64,000 nucleotides of DNA from an uncultured Gammaproteobacteria bacterium. Lineage in GTDB: Bacteria; Patescibacteriota; Microgenomatia; Levybacterales; GWA1-39-11. Below the pieces are notes generated by a model. It ran no database searches. It was not told the origin of the DNA and was given only the letters and a program-made list of their open reading frames with translations. The stretch lies in the NCBI GenBank assembly GCA_964450885.1, contig CAYVFE010000002.1:116494-180493 (forward strand), given 5' to 3'. A program made the translations under genes and the position numbers. Numbering within the stretch: position 1 is the stretch's first letter; the number at the start of each line of letters is the position of its first letter. Below are positions 20,004 through 29,470 of this stretch, one piece after another.

Positions 20004-20366
20004 TTATTTAACTATAATTTTTCCATGGAACATATTCATTCCGCATTCAAATCTATATTCTCCTTTTTCTTTGGGCTCTATCTCTATCGTAGTTTTTTTC
20101 TTTAGCGCTAAGTGACGCCTCACTTTAAAATCACTTAGTACAACTTCTTCAAGGCAGCTTGATGGATCCTTGCGGAAAAAATTTAACTTAGTTTTTTTCC
20201 CTACTGGGACTGAAATAACGCTTGGTTGATATCCTCCATCTACTGTGATGTCTATAGAATCAGATGTTGCGACTACTTCCTTTTCCTTTTTCATCAGAAA
20301 AAACCAGTAGGTAAAAGCAATTCCTGAAATACTAAATAAAGCGACTAATAATTTATCAATTCCCAT
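20004..20366 (-). CDS. Membrane-anchored cupredoxin (CupA-like)
   Basis: [12 protein letters not shown] and [10 protein letters not shown]. Confidence 0.88.
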   Translation of the reverse strand: MGIDKLLVALFSISGIAFTYWFFLMKKEKEVVATSDSIDITVDGGYQPSVISVPVGKKTKLNFFRKDPSSCLEEVVLSDFKVRRHLALKKKTTIEIEPKEKGEYRFECGMNMFHGKIIVK

Positions 20367-20368
20367 AA

Positions 20369-20641
20369 TTATTTATTCACTCTTTTAAATAATGTGACTA
20401 ACTCTTTTGTTGCTTTTTCTGGCTCCTTATGGAATTGATGTCCAACATGGGTATCAAGGTGTCGTTCAAATAGTACAGCGTCTAGGCTTTTAAGAGAATT
20501 TTGTATAGCAAGACTTTGATTTAGAACATCGATGCAATACTCGTCAGCGTCGATCATCTTAGAGAGTCCTTCTAGCTGTCCTTTTATTATGTTTAATCTT
20601 TTTTGGGATTTTACTTTCGCGTCCTCGTAGTGAGATTTCAT
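20369..20641 (-). CDS. csoR: CsoR/RcnR family copper-sensing repressor
   Basis: RLNIIKGQLEGL...YCIDVLNQ...HLDTH; first gene of the cop operon. Confidence 0.9.
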   Translation of the reverse strand: MKSHYEDAKVKSQKRLNIIKGQLEGLSKMIDADEYCIDVLNQSLAIQNSLKSLDAVLFERHLDTHVGHQFHKEPEKATKELVTLFKRVNK

Positions 20642-20647
20642 TAATCT

Positions 20648-20676
20648 ATCATATACCCCCTATGGGTATATGTCAA
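20648..20676 (-). promoter_or_regulatory. cop operon promoter with CsoR operator
   Basis: TTGACA-N17-TATGAT-N6-ATG; the spacer holds the palindrome CATATACCC-N5-GGGTATATG (20650-20672), typical of CsoR C/G-tract operators. Confidence 0.85.
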
Positions 20677-20690
20677 GATCGGTTCTAGAG

Positions 20691-21650
20691 CTATGAAGAC
20701 GCGCGAACTTGTTTTTTTGTTAGATCTTCTTCGGTTTCTTTTACCAAATCCAGCTTTCCTAAATAAAGAACGATTCCAGCTCCAATAAGTGCGAGAACTA
20801 TCGCAATTATTACAGATACATCAAAGACGACAGGCATGATATTTTTCTCAACTAGTGGCACGACTTCACCATGAGAATTAATTCGAGTAAGAACCACTTC
20901 TTTCCATGGCCAAATCTTGCGGACAGAACCCAACATAAAACCAGCTAGTATTGCGACTGATATATCATGGTACTTACTAAATAACCATGATAGGACTCTT
21001 GAGAATAAAGCGAGTCCGAATACTGCACCCAAAGCAAAGACTATGAGTGTTAAAAAATCTTTATTTATTACGGCTCCCAACACCTGTTGATACTTACCTA
21101 GCAAAAGCAGAATGAACGATCCCGAAATACCAGGCAATATCATCGCACAAATCGCTATCATTCCTGACAAAAAGAAAAAGATTAGATTGTTGGGTGTCTC
21201 TACGGGAACAGCACCAACTAGAATATAGGCTCCTACTGCAGAAATCAAAAATCCTATTGTGTTATTTATACTTTTTTTCTTTATTCTTTTACTGACGACA
21301 AAAACTGAAGCTATAACAAGACCAAAGAAAAACGCCCAGATAAATACCGGATAGCTTGTCAAAAGATACGAAAGCAAATTTGCCAATAAGAATATCGCGC
21401 CAAATAGACCCAGCGCAAGAGGAATCAAGAATCTAAATGGGATAAGTCTAAGTCCCTCAACAAACTTTAATTTAAGAAATAACCGCAATACATCGCCAGT
21501 AACCAATTTTATCGAAGCTATAAGCTCCTCATAAATCCCTGAAAGAAATGCTATAGTGCCCCCTGATACTCCAGGTATAAGGTCAGCTGCTCCCATTGAG
21601 AATCCCGTTACAAAAAGACGTAAATAATTTTTAGTATCTTTGCTCTTCAT
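20691..21650 (-). CDS. DUF368 family undecaprenyl-phosphate translocase
   Basis: GAADLIPGVSGGTIA and AMILPGISGS repeats; multi-TM. Confidence 0.9.
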   Translation of the reverse strand: MKSKDTKNYLRLFVTGFSMGAADLIPGVSGGTIAFLSGIYEELIASIKLVTGDVLRLFLKLKFVEGLRLIPFRFLIPLALGLFGAIFLLANLLSYLLTSYPVFIWAFFFGLVIASVFVVSKRIKKKSINNTIGFLISAVGAYILVGAVPVETPNNLIFFFLSGMIAICAMILPGISGSFILLLLGKYQQVLGAVINKDFLTLIVFALGAVFGLALFSRVLSWLFSKYHDISVAILAGFMLGSVRKIWPWKEVVLTRINSHGEVVPLVEKNIMPVVFDVSVIIAIVLALIGAGIVLYLGKLDLVKETEEDLTKKQVRASS

Positions 21651-21751
21651 CTATAAATTCTGACAATTTATAGTACCATATGAACATCAAAGTCTTCAAA
21701 TCAAAATTGGTATGTTGCTTGACACGACGGGCAGTAAACAATTAGTATAGT

Positions 21752-22306
21752 ATGTCTATGGCCGAAGATAATAAGACAAATGAAATTTGCCCAAAATGTG
21801 GAAATCCGCTGGGGGAAATACAGACTACTAAAAATGGGCGAAAACTCCAACGCTGCTCTACAGGATCGTGGAATCCCGAGACTAAAAAAAATGAAGGATG
21901 CGAGTACGTCAAATGGCTTGAGATGGAGCCGGAAAAACTAGATGAGAAATGCCCGAAATGTGGAAACGATCTGGTTATAGCTTTTACACGCTTTGGCAAG
22001 AAAATGAAGAAATGCTCGACGAATAAGTGGAATGCCGAGACTAAAAAGGCCGAGGGATGCGATTATATAGAATGGATAAATGGAACGACAGAAAACCTTG
22101 ACGAAGACTGTCCTACTTGTGGGAATAAGCTAGTGCTCTATACGACAGCTGCCGGGAAGAAAATGAAGAAATGCTCGACCTCAGGATGGGACGCAAAAGA
22201 ACGCAAGGCAACTGGGTGCACATATGTGCAATGGCTAAAACCAGGAGAAGAACCAACACTCTCAAGTGATGGTGAAGAATTTCTCCCGCCAGAACCAAAA
22301 GACTAG
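21752..22306 (+). CDS. Stand-alone protein of three topoisomerase-type C4 zinc ribbons
   Basis: Three repeats of CPxCG...CST..W......GCxYxxW. Confidence 0.85.
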   Translation: MSMAEDNKTNEICPKCGNPLGEIQTTKNGRKLQRCSTGSWNPETKKNEGCEYVKWLEMEPEKLDEKCPKCGNDLVIAFTRFGKKMKKCSTNKWNAETKKAEGCDYIEWINGTTENLDEDCPTCGNKLVLYTTAAGKKMKKCSTSGWDAKERKATGCTYVQWLKPGEEPTLSSDGEEFLPPEPKD

Positions 22307-22307
22307 G

Positions 22308-22499
22308 TTATTTTACAACCACTCCCCTCATTCCCTCCCATTCGGCCACTTCCTTTTGAATTAGTTCGTAATCGATTCCTACAGTCATCTGCGTATCTTG
22401 AGCTCTCATTTCACGTTTCGTCTCAAAAATGCTCATTCCATCATCATCTGCAATCTGCAACTGGATGTCGTCTGGAATATACTTATTTATTTCTGACAT
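22308..22499 (-). CDS. Small hypothetical protein
   Basis: AGGAGGTG SD before ATG 22499; acidic, 63 aa. Confidence 0.55.
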   Translation of the reverse strand: MSEINKYIPDDIQLQIADDDGMSIFETKREMRAQDTQMTVGIDYELIQKEVAEWEGMRGVVVK

Positions 22500-22604
22500 A
22501 CCCACCTCCTTTCATATTTATAGATACACTCTAGATCCAGGATTTCTAGCAGTCAATTTTCTTAATATTATTTACAAATATATATAAATTGTTAAAATAT
22601 TAAC

Positions 22605-23195
22605 ATGCTAACAGTTCCGGAAGCCTCAAAAATAATAATTGAACGCTCACGCTATCTATCTGAGGCTTTATCAAAGGACCTCATAAATCTATCCTCGCTA
22701 GCCCGCTATATAAAACCCGAAATAGAAGAGATGCTCTATAAAAAGGTGAATAATGGCTCTATCGTAATGGCTTTGAAAAGATTTAAAAAAGATTTGAGAC
22801 CTAAAACGTCAAATGTTAAAATTTTTAAGATTCCCCCTCAGATCCATGTTGCAACAGGTCTTCATCTTTACAGATTTAAAGATTTCCCCTCCGAAGACGC
22901 CAATCTTAAGGATTCTTATGTGACCAGAGTAGACGATGAAACTGCAGTTGTTACGAGAAATGAATACAAAACTAAGCCTTTGCTGCGCGTAAATAATGTA
23001 GCGTCAATAATTATAGACTTGCCCGAGGAAACAATGTACGCATCCGGAATCCACTACTTTTTTCTAAAATCCCTTGCGTGGGAAGGAATAAATATAGTCG
23101 AGACATTTTCGACATCCAAAAAATATATACTAATTTTTGAAGAAAAAGATATACATCGGTCTTTTAGAATACTCACATCTTTATTTACTAAATAA
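22605..23195 (+). CDS. HTH-like plus ACT-domain protein (aspartate-kinase C-terminus-like)
   Basis: LINLSSLARYIKPEIE...IVMALKR N-domain; C-terminal GIHYFFLKSLAWEGINIVETFST. Confidence 0.7.
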   Translation: MLTVPEASKIIIERSRYLSEALSKDLINLSSLARYIKPEIEEMLYKKVNNGSIVMALKRFKKDLRPKTSNVKIFKIPPQIHVATGLHLYRFKDFPSEDANLKDSYVTRVDDETAVVTRNEYKTKPLLRVNNVASIIIDLPEETMYASGIHYFFLKSLAWEGINIVETFSTSKKYILIFEEKDIHRSFRILTSLFTK

Positions 23196-23212
23196 TGAAA
23201 TGCTTGTTAAAA

Positions 23213-23246
23213 ACTAAAACCCACCGTTTTGCGAATGGGTTTTAGT
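23213..23246. terminator. Hairpin between convergent genes
   Basis: ACTAAAACCCA...TGGGTTTTAGT inverted repeat. Confidence 0.55.
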
Positions 23247-23268
23247 CGGCATTCCGGGCAGGCTTAGT

Positions 23269-23430
23269 CTAATAGAAATAGATTATTCTATTAGGGCCTT
23301 GGGGAATTCGAAAGTATTTATTTAGCATAACTTTTCTTGCTGAAAAATTATTTCGTATCGGAAAAATATTTTTGAGGTAATATTTTTTTCCTGAGAGCTT
23401 GTACTTTATTCTTCTATATAAACCTTTCAT
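23269..23430 (-). CDS. Possible small basic protein
   Basis: ATG 4 nt after the upstream stop, with GGAGG about 12 nt before it; 53 aa, K/R/Y-rich. Confidence 0.3.
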   Translation of the reverse strand: MKGLYRRIKYKLSGKKYYLKNIFPIRNNFSARKVMLNKYFRIPQGPNRIIYFY

Positions 23431-23434
23431 AAAT

Positions 23435-23650
23435 CTATTGACCTCCCCCTTGTCCACCATCAACATTTACATCCACCTGTTCTGGAACACTTACTGATGG
23501 TGTCGCGTTATTTCCCCCCGCAAAAAACCCTCTACCGAATACGAAAAACAGAAAAATAATCAACGCTACAAGGATAACTGCTATCAGTACGCCGTTCATC
23601 GAATTACTACTTCCGTCTGCGTGATGATGTTCTTCAACTACTTCAGCCAT
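23435..23650 (-). CDS. Small single-TM protein
   Basis: AGGAGGTGA SD; MAEVVEEHHHAD...GVLIAVILVALIIFLFFVFG. Confidence 0.8.
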   Translation of the reverse strand: MAEVVEEHHHADGSSNSMNGVLIAVILVALIIFLFFVFGRGFFAGGNNATPSVSVPEQVDVNVDGGQGGGQ

Positions 23651-23737
23651 ATATTTCACCTCCTATCACTTTGAATTATCCACTTTGCCTGTAATAAATA
23701 GTCTCATTGACGGTAATAGAATTGTAAGAATATAGAT

Positions 23738-23890
23738 CTAGGAAAAACCTACAGGCTCGCGCTTTGCAAGCTGATACCGCTTGATCTCCATCTCACGCAC
23801 TTTTTTCTCCAGCCTCTTCCATCCCGTCACACTTATCCACTTATTGTTCCTGATCTTATGCGCCAAACTATAGAAAACCTTGTATTTCAT
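23738..23890 (-). CDS. Possible small basic protein
   Basis: AGGTGT then ATG; MKYKVFYSLAHKIRNNKW...; lies between the kinase and the small membrane protein. Confidence 0.35.
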   Translation of the reverse strand: MKYKVFYSLAHKIRNNKWISVTGWKRLEKKVREMEIKRYQLAKREPVGFS

Positions 23891-23953
23891 ACACCTATTA
23901 AAGAACACTTTTGTGAAGAACAAAATAGAATATTTTTAGAAAAAAGTAAGAGA

Positions 23954-25183
23954 TTAGAGAGGTAGCTCTACTATAAATGTGGACCCTTTACCTTCTTTGC
24001 TTTGCACATTTATCTTCCCTTTGTGTGCTTCTACTATTTGGTTGCTTATATATAATCCGACACCCATTCCCTTAAAATTTTTTGCTGCAATAGTTCTTCT
24101 AAACAACTCGAATATATGCTTTTTTTCTTCCTCATTTATTCCTATACCTTTGTCTGATATTTCGATTATGGCTCTACCTCTGACAACACTCAATTTAATT
24201 CTTATTGGTTTTTTATCTCCGTACTTGAGAGCATTTGATACCAGGTTTGAGAAAACCTCTCCTAGTCTTACTTTATCCCACATCCCCACCACCTTTTTTC
24301 TATCAGTCTTAAATTTTATCCTCACACCATTTTTCTTAGATTCTAAATCAAAGGACGAAAGTGTGTCAGTCAAAAGATCGACCAAATCTGCTTTTTCCTT
24401 TTCGATCTTTAGCTTTCCGGTAGTAATAACCGATATATTAAGCAGATCATTCATAAGAGCCGATAGCCTCCTTGTCTGCAGTACACCCGTCTCTATCGCG
24501 GACAGTATGCCATCGTCACGGTCCTGCTTTTTGAGCCTTCTTACAGCAAATTGGAGGGTGAGAAGAATGCTTGTAAGAGGAGTCTTTAGCTCGTGTGATG
24601 CGATAGATATGAATTCGTCTCTCGACTGGATCGCCTGTTGAGCTTCGGAAAACAACCTGGCATTGTCTACAGCCAGCGCTGCCCTACCAGCTATCTCGTC
24701 AATAAATAATACGTCGTCTGGAGTATACGAAAAATTATCTTTACTCGACCCGATAGTTATGACTCCTATAACCTTACCGCGACTGATAAGCGGAGCAAAT
24801 ACCATAGACTTTAAATCTAGTTGCTTTACTGCCTCCTTCTCTTCCTTAATTCTAGAAATCGTCTTGAGCCATCTCTTGTCGACTTTTTTTATAAGAATCG
24901 GAATTTCTGATGTTGCAGCATCATAGATAGCCAATTTATTCTTCGGATCTGGAAGAAAATTAAAGAACTTGTTAGCAACCTGCTGGTCGCTCCTTTTGGA
25001 GGTGCGCACAACCACTCGCGTCATTTCTCCATTTTCGATAATATCGATAATGCAAAAATCAGCAATATTATCAACTATCAGCTTTGCGACACTGACTAAA
25101 GTTATGTTGTAATCCAAAGTTTTGGAAAGAATTTTACTGGCATTAGAAAGAAACTGTATTTTATCCTTAATAATATATGACAT
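23954..25183 (-). CDS. GAF-domain sensor histidine kinase
   Basis: IADFCII GAF, SHELKTPLTS, NLVSNALKY, DKGIG and GMGVGL; start at the ATG 7 nt after TACAAT. Confidence 0.9.
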   Translation of the reverse strand: MSYIIKDKIQFLSNASKILSKTLDYNITLVSVAKLIVDNIADFCIIDIIENGEMTRVVVRTSKRSDQQVANKFFNFLPDPKNKLAIYDAATSEIPILIKKVDKRWLKTISRIKEEKEAVKQLDLKSMVFAPLISRGKVIGVITIGSSKDNFSYTPDDVLFIDEIAGRAALAVDNARLFSEAQQAIQSRDEFISIASHELKTPLTSILLTLQFAVRRLKKQDRDDGILSAIETGVLQTRRLSALMNDLLNISVITTGKLKIEKEKADLVDLLTDTLSSFDLESKKNGVRIKFKTDRKKVVGMWDKVRLGEVFSNLVSNALKYGDKKPIRIKLSVVRGRAIIEISDKGIGINEEEKKHIFELFRRTIAAKNFKGMGVGLYISNQIVEAHKGKINVQSKEGKGSTFIVELPL

Positions 25184-25258
25184 TACCAGCATTGTAACAG
25201 AAAGCATGTTAACTTGATAAATATGTTCTATGAGGTTACAATTAGCTCAAATTTTTGT

Positions 25259-26479
25259 ATGCCCGAAAAAGACTACCGCTTTCATGCGGACGATTTCTTC
25301 GCTCACAGAGAGACTGGATCTTCTTATGTAAAAGCATCTCACCTTGAACCGCTTGGCACACTCACTGAAATCGATCTGGCAGAAGGAGTCTCAGTAGATC
25401 CACCCCCTGAACTTGATGAAATAATTAAGAACCTAGCCCAAAGTGGAGCATTTTTGGATTCGTTAAAGCATTACGATGCTGTAAGTATCGACCCTACGAT
25501 AAGAAATATCCGCGATAGATTCGGCCTCTCAGAAAATCCTTATGTAGTAGTAAGCGGAGGCGGAAGTCATGAGATTATTGAAAGACTTGTACATCTAGTT
25601 CATAATCCAGACAGATTGCAGAGAATTTGGGGCATATCACCTCATTTTCCAGAGATTACGAATTTTGCCAAAAGGCTCTCGAGCGCCCAAACCTCTTCTC
25701 CACAACTGATATACGGCCCCATGGATATACCACTTCAAGCATCTGCTGAGGAGTCTCTTCAAATTGCAGAAAAACGCAGGAAGGCCTCACATTTCAAAAG
25801 TTTAACTCTTTACGTCTGTAATCCTACAACCCCAAAGGGTGATATCGCACCAAAAGAATCCGTGACCAATTTCGTCGAGTTCTGCGCAGACAAAGGAGAT
25901 CTTGTAATAGTAGACGAGGCCTTCCGACCACGTGACGCATATTCTGTCATTCCGGAAACCGAAACCTATCCTAACCTCATAGTCCTGGATAGTTTTTCTA
26001 AAAGAGGTGGCGTACCAGGACTGAGAGGAGGATACGCGGTGATGTCAAAAGAAATAGGCCCCTATTATGACGAAATGCGAAGGGTCTTTGATATGCCCGG
26101 ACCCCAAGCACTCATCCTCAATGAGATCTCCCGCCCGGATATCATCATTCCGCATCTTGAACGCCAACTCCCAAATCAGGTAGAACTCAAAAGACACTTC
26201 GTGGATAGACTCGACGAAGCAGGACTGTCGTATCTTACGACTCACGAAGAGGTCCCTATAATAACCGTTGACGGCGGTGATCATAACTTCGTAAATAACC
26301 TCGATCGTCTAAATGTAAAAGTCGCAAAAGGATGGGGTTTTTATGCTACAGAACCTCACGGTGGAAGAAGAATGCCTATGGGGAATAGGTATGCGCGCAC
26401 CTCTGTTCCTCGAACCAAAACACTCATAAATGACGCTGTTCACAGAATGAAAGCGGCAAAGATCTCAACGCCTCTATAG
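25259..26479 (+). CDS. PLP-dependent class I/II aminotransferase (HisC-like, divergent)
   Basis: CNPTTPKG, IVDEAF and DSFSKRGGVPGLRGGY (PLP lysine). Confidence 0.8.
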   Translation: MPEKDYRFHADDFFAHRETGSSYVKASHLEPLGTLTEIDLAEGVSVDPPPELDEIIKNLAQSGAFLDSLKHYDAVSIDPTIRNIRDRFGLSENPYVVVSGGGSHEIIERLVHLVHNPDRLQRIWGISPHFPEITNFAKRLSSAQTSSPQLIYGPMDIPLQASAEESLQIAEKRRKASHFKSLTLYVCNPTTPKGDIAPKESVTNFVEFCADKGDLVIVDEAFRPRDAYSVIPETETYPNLIVLDSFSKRGGVPGLRGGYAVMSKEIGPYYDEMRRVFDMPGPQALILNEISRPDIIIPHLERQLPNQVELKRHFVDRLDEAGLSYLTTHEEVPIITVDGGDHNFVNNLDRLNVKVAKGWGFYATEPHGGRRMPMGNRYARTSVPRTKTLINDAVHRMKAAKISTPL

Positions 26480-26485
26480 GATTTT

Positions 26486-27148
26486 TTACTTCAAAGTATA
26501 ACCAAAACCTCTGACTGATTGGATAAGCTTTCTATCAAACCCATCATCGATCTTTTTGCGTAAATAACCTATGTAGACATCTACGACTCTGGTCTCTATG
26601 TCAGGAGAGTATAACCATATGTGATCCAGTATCGTCTCGCGGCTTAAGACTACACCACTGTTTACCATCAGATACTCAAGGAGCTTGAACTCTTTTGCAG
26701 TAAGCGAAATCTTTTTCTCTCCGCGCTTGACGTCTAGCGTTGATGTATTCAACACCAAATCCTCTATTTGTAGCGTGTCAGATCCTTGTTGTTTGAGTCT
26801 CACCCTCGCACGCGCCAAAAGCTCATCTGTGTCAAAAGGCTTGGAGATGTAATCATCTGCTCCGATATCGAGACCATGCACTATATCTCGGCTGGTATTT
26901 TTGGCAGTTAGGATTATTATTGGAAGATGCGGGTTAGCTTTTTTTGCTTCAACACATACTGTCTCGCCACTGATATTTTCGATTCCCAAATCAAGGATAA
27001 CCAAATCCAAATTATCCTCTTTTATCATCTTTAGGGCCTGCGCCCCATCTCCGGTTGCGACAGTACTAAAATTTGCATCCTTGAATGCCTCCACTAGATA
27101 ATCTCTGATATTCTTATCGTCCTCTACTATAAGTACTTTATTTGTCAT
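26486..27148 (-). CDS. OmpR/PhoB family response regulator with no adjacent kinase
   Basis: VLIVEDD, GADDYISKPF, LTAKEFKLLEYL, VDVYIGYLRKK and VRGFGY. Confidence 0.95.
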   Translation of the reverse strand: MTNKVLIVEDDKNIRDYLVEAFKDANFSTVATGDGAQALKMIKEDNLDLVILDLGIENISGETVCVEAKKANPHLPIIILTAKNTSRDIVHGLDIGADDYISKPFDTDELLARARVRLKQQGSDTLQIEDLVLNTSTLDVKRGEKKISLTAKEFKLLEYLMVNSGVVLSRETILDHIWLYSPDIETRVVDVYIGYLRKKIDDGFDRKLIQSVRGFGYTLK

Positions 27149-27180
27149 AACGCCTACTTTGGTCAAATTCTAACATAAAC

Positions 27181-27221
27181 AGACAGAGCGGAAAACTCTT
27201 GCCCTTGTATCCGCCCTGCCT
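27181..27221 (-). terminator. Hairpin downstream of the GlsB/YeaQ gene
   Basis: Minus-strand AGGCAGGGCGGA...TCCGCTCTGTCT stem with G-U pairs. Confidence 0.45.
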
Positions 27222-27224
27222 ATG

Positions 27225-27476
27225 TTATGCGCGTCTGAATGCTCTTGCAATCCATATCACTCCAACTGCACCTACTATAGCGATAAGCAAGCTATATATA
27301 TTAAATCCGGTTATCCCGGATCCACCCAACATGGATGCCACAAAACCTCCGACTATAGCTCCTACAATACCTAGAACTATATCTCCCACGATTCCCTGCT
27401 GCGCATTCCTTTTCATAACTATTGATGCGATCCATCCTGCAACTCCACCTAAAATTATCCACAAAAGAATATTCAT
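27225..27476 (-). CDS. GlsB/YeaQ/YmgE family stress-response membrane protein
   Basis: WIILGGVAGWIAS...DIVLGIVGAIVGG...SLLIAIVGAV; GGAGGTGA SD. Confidence 0.92.
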   Translation of the reverse strand: MNILLWIILGGVAGWIASIVMKRNAQQGIVGDIVLGIVGAIVGGFVASMLGGSGITGFNIYSLLIAIVGAVGVIWIARAFRRA

Positions 27477-27495
27477 ATTATTTTTATCACCTCCC

Positions 27496-27669
27496 CTATT
27501 CGACTCGTGATGACAAGACTACCCAAAAGCTTGTTATTATTTTTTTCATAGGCAGAGGTAGTATATTAGATAGTGTCTTGAGATTTGGAAGTTGTAATTT
27601 GGTGCCCAACGATTTGTTGAGATCTTTTCTATAGAATCCTGTTGGCATCGATAAAGTTTGTGAACTCAT
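27496..27669 (-). CDS. Possible 57-aa leaderless ORF (not in the ORF track)
   Basis: TATGAT-N7-ATG; MSSQTLSMPTGFYRKDLNKSLGTKLQLPNLKTLSNILPLPMKKIITSFWVVLSSRVE; stop abuts the SD of the GlsB gene. Confidence 0.4.
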   Translation of the reverse strand: MSSQTLSMPTGFYRKDLNKSLGTKLQLPNLKTLSNILPLPMKKIITSFWVVLSSRVE

Positions 27670-27746
27670 GATTTAGATCATAGCCGAAGTTCGTTATAAA
27701 CAAACAAAATAAATGTAAGAATAATGAAAGTATTAAATCTTAGAAG

Positions 27747-28307
27747 CTAATTGAGTCTGACAGGAATAGAAAATATCTTTTGATTTTCGGCAAGACCTGA
27801 CGGATTTGCACTTTTTAGAATAAGCTCTGCCTCTCCCGACCCGTTTTCATAGCTGAGCTCTCCCTCAAAAGGGACGAGATCTACCGTCATCCACTCTCCA
27901 TTTGCGCTAAGTATCGCAGTACCCAGCACTTTACCATCAGCATCTACCAATTCTGCTGAAAAATTTGCCTCAAAAAACCACGGACCCACCGCTTCTCCTT
28001 TTATGCTTAGGGGACTGGTCACTGATTCATTAGGACGCGGAGTCTCAAGTACGATATCGTATTCTACATTTTCGAGTTCTTCAGTAAATGCAGTGCCATC
28101 AGGGAGCACGCAGCGCCTGGGATAGCTTTCCTGAACAGGATAATTTGCCAAAACACAAGAATCGAATGAATTTATGGTTATATGATCATCCGAACGAGAT
28201 GCACCTGGGCTTGACTGACTCTTTCGAATGTTTTCGAGAACAAAAAAGGCGACACAAAGACCAAATAGAATTCCCAATATGACTGCTGGTGTAATTATTT
28301 TTTTCAT
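27747..28307 (-). CDS. Exported protein with a Gmad2-like Ig domain
   Basis: N-terminal TM; SFDSC...ESYPRRC; SPLSIKGEAVGPWFFEANF...ANPSGL. Confidence 0.8.
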   Translation of the reverse strand: MKKIITPAVILGILFGLCVAFFVLENIRKSQSSPGASRSDDHITINSFDSCVLANYPVQESYPRRCVLPDGTAFTEELENVEYDIVLETPRPNESVTSPLSIKGEAVGPWFFEANFSAELVDADGKVLGTAILSANGEWMTVDLVPFEGELSYENGSGEAELILKSANPSGLAENQKIFSIPVRLN

Positions 28308-29467
28308 TTTAGATTTTCATTGAAAAACCTCACAGTGTCTTGCATAGCTGTCGTAAATGCAACCCCTGTTATATTGTGCCCTCCTGAGGAATACTCGTTC
28401 AACTCATATGTAACCCCGGCGTCTTGTAATATTTTAGACAATCCCCTGCTGTAGCCGATATTAACTACATCATCATTTATTGCATGATCGAGCTGCACAG
28501 CTCCACTAACACCTTCTAAATAATTAACCGGAACAACCATTTCCCAAAACTCGCTATCAGAGTCAAATTCACCATGTGCATTGAATAATTCTTCCCTATA
28601 TCTTTGGCGCTGTGAATCGTCGCTAGGTGGACGATAACTATTGTCATTTAGTCCAAATTCCTGCCAATCCTCATATGTATACACAGCACCAGACCAAATA
28701 ACTAAAGCCGGAATATTTTTTGCTGCGACAAAACTTCTAAAAGTAACATTTCCAGCCATACTGTGCCCCCAAAGGCCTATCTTTTCGGGATTAACCACAC
28801 CCTCTCCCGCTATGGTAAAACCCTTCATAGCAGAAACCGCATTTAGGGTATCGATTATGTAGTCTCCTGAATAATATGCTCCACCAGGCTCTCCTTCGGA
28901 TGTGCCATGACCCCTGAGATCTATTTTAAAAACTATGAATCCATTTCTAGCTAAATAATCTACGTAATCTGAGTAACTTTCACCATTAGTCTGATATATG
29001 CTGGGTGGTATGTAGCCATGAACGAAAACTATCGCAGGCCACCCACCTGTAGGCACTTGCCCACGTGGAATTGTAAGTAAGGCGTTGATATTCAAACCAT
29101 CAGAATCGTAACTAGTCAGATAACTTGTGTGGGTTGAACTTGTAGAAACCTGCTCCAGTCCTCCTGTCTCACTTTCATAATTTCTTTCTGTCAAATAAGG
29201 AATAGTCAGCTCTTTGAACGCAAGCGAAGAATTTGCTGAGAAGACAGCCGGAGTCGGTGGAGCATCCATTCTCTCTATTTGCTCCAGACTCTTTTGACCT
29301 CTTATTAGAAAGTACGTGATTGCCCCAATAGCTGCGAGGAAAAAAAGTCCAATCACTGCAAAGATAACGATACTTGCATGTAAATGTGTCTCTTTCCTTA
29401 AATGCTCGGCAGAGTTAAGGTGCTCTTCAGACTCGTGGTGCAATTTGTGTACCTCTTCATGATCCAT
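28304..29467 (-). CDS. Membrane-anchored alpha/beta hydrolase (peptidase S9-like)
   Basis: FVHGYIPP, DLRGHG, nucleophile elbow GHSMAG, D..V and GHN; His-rich N-terminus. Confidence 0.88.
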   Translation of the reverse strand: MDHEEVHKLHHESEEHLNSAEHLRKETHLHASIVIFAVIGLFFLAAIGAITYFLIRGQKSLEQIERMDAPPTPAVFSANSSLAFKELTIPYLTERNYESETGGLEQVSTSSTHTSYLTSYDSDGLNINALLTIPRGQVPTGGWPAIVFVHGYIPPSIYQTNGESYSDYVDYLARNGFIVFKIDLRGHGTSEGEPGGAYYSGDYIIDTLNAVSAMKGFTIAGEGVVNPEKIGLWGHSMAGNVTFRSFVAAKNIPALVIWSGAVYTYEDWQEFGLNDNSYRPPSDDSQRQRYREELFNAHGEFDSDSEFWEMVVPVNYLEGVSGAVQLDHAINDDVVNIGYSRGLSKILQDAGVTYELNEYSSGGHNITGVAFTTAMQDTVRFFNENLK

Positions 29468-29470
29468 AAT

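Noticed and set aside
22562-22603. Imperfect palindrome upstream of the HTH-ACT gene as an operator
   Set aside because: Almost pure A/T, so it is expected by chance; not supportable without orthologue comparison
23979-24641. 220-aa + strand ORF and similar antisense ORFs in the track
   Set aside because: They lie wholly opposite well-supported genes and have shadow-frame composition
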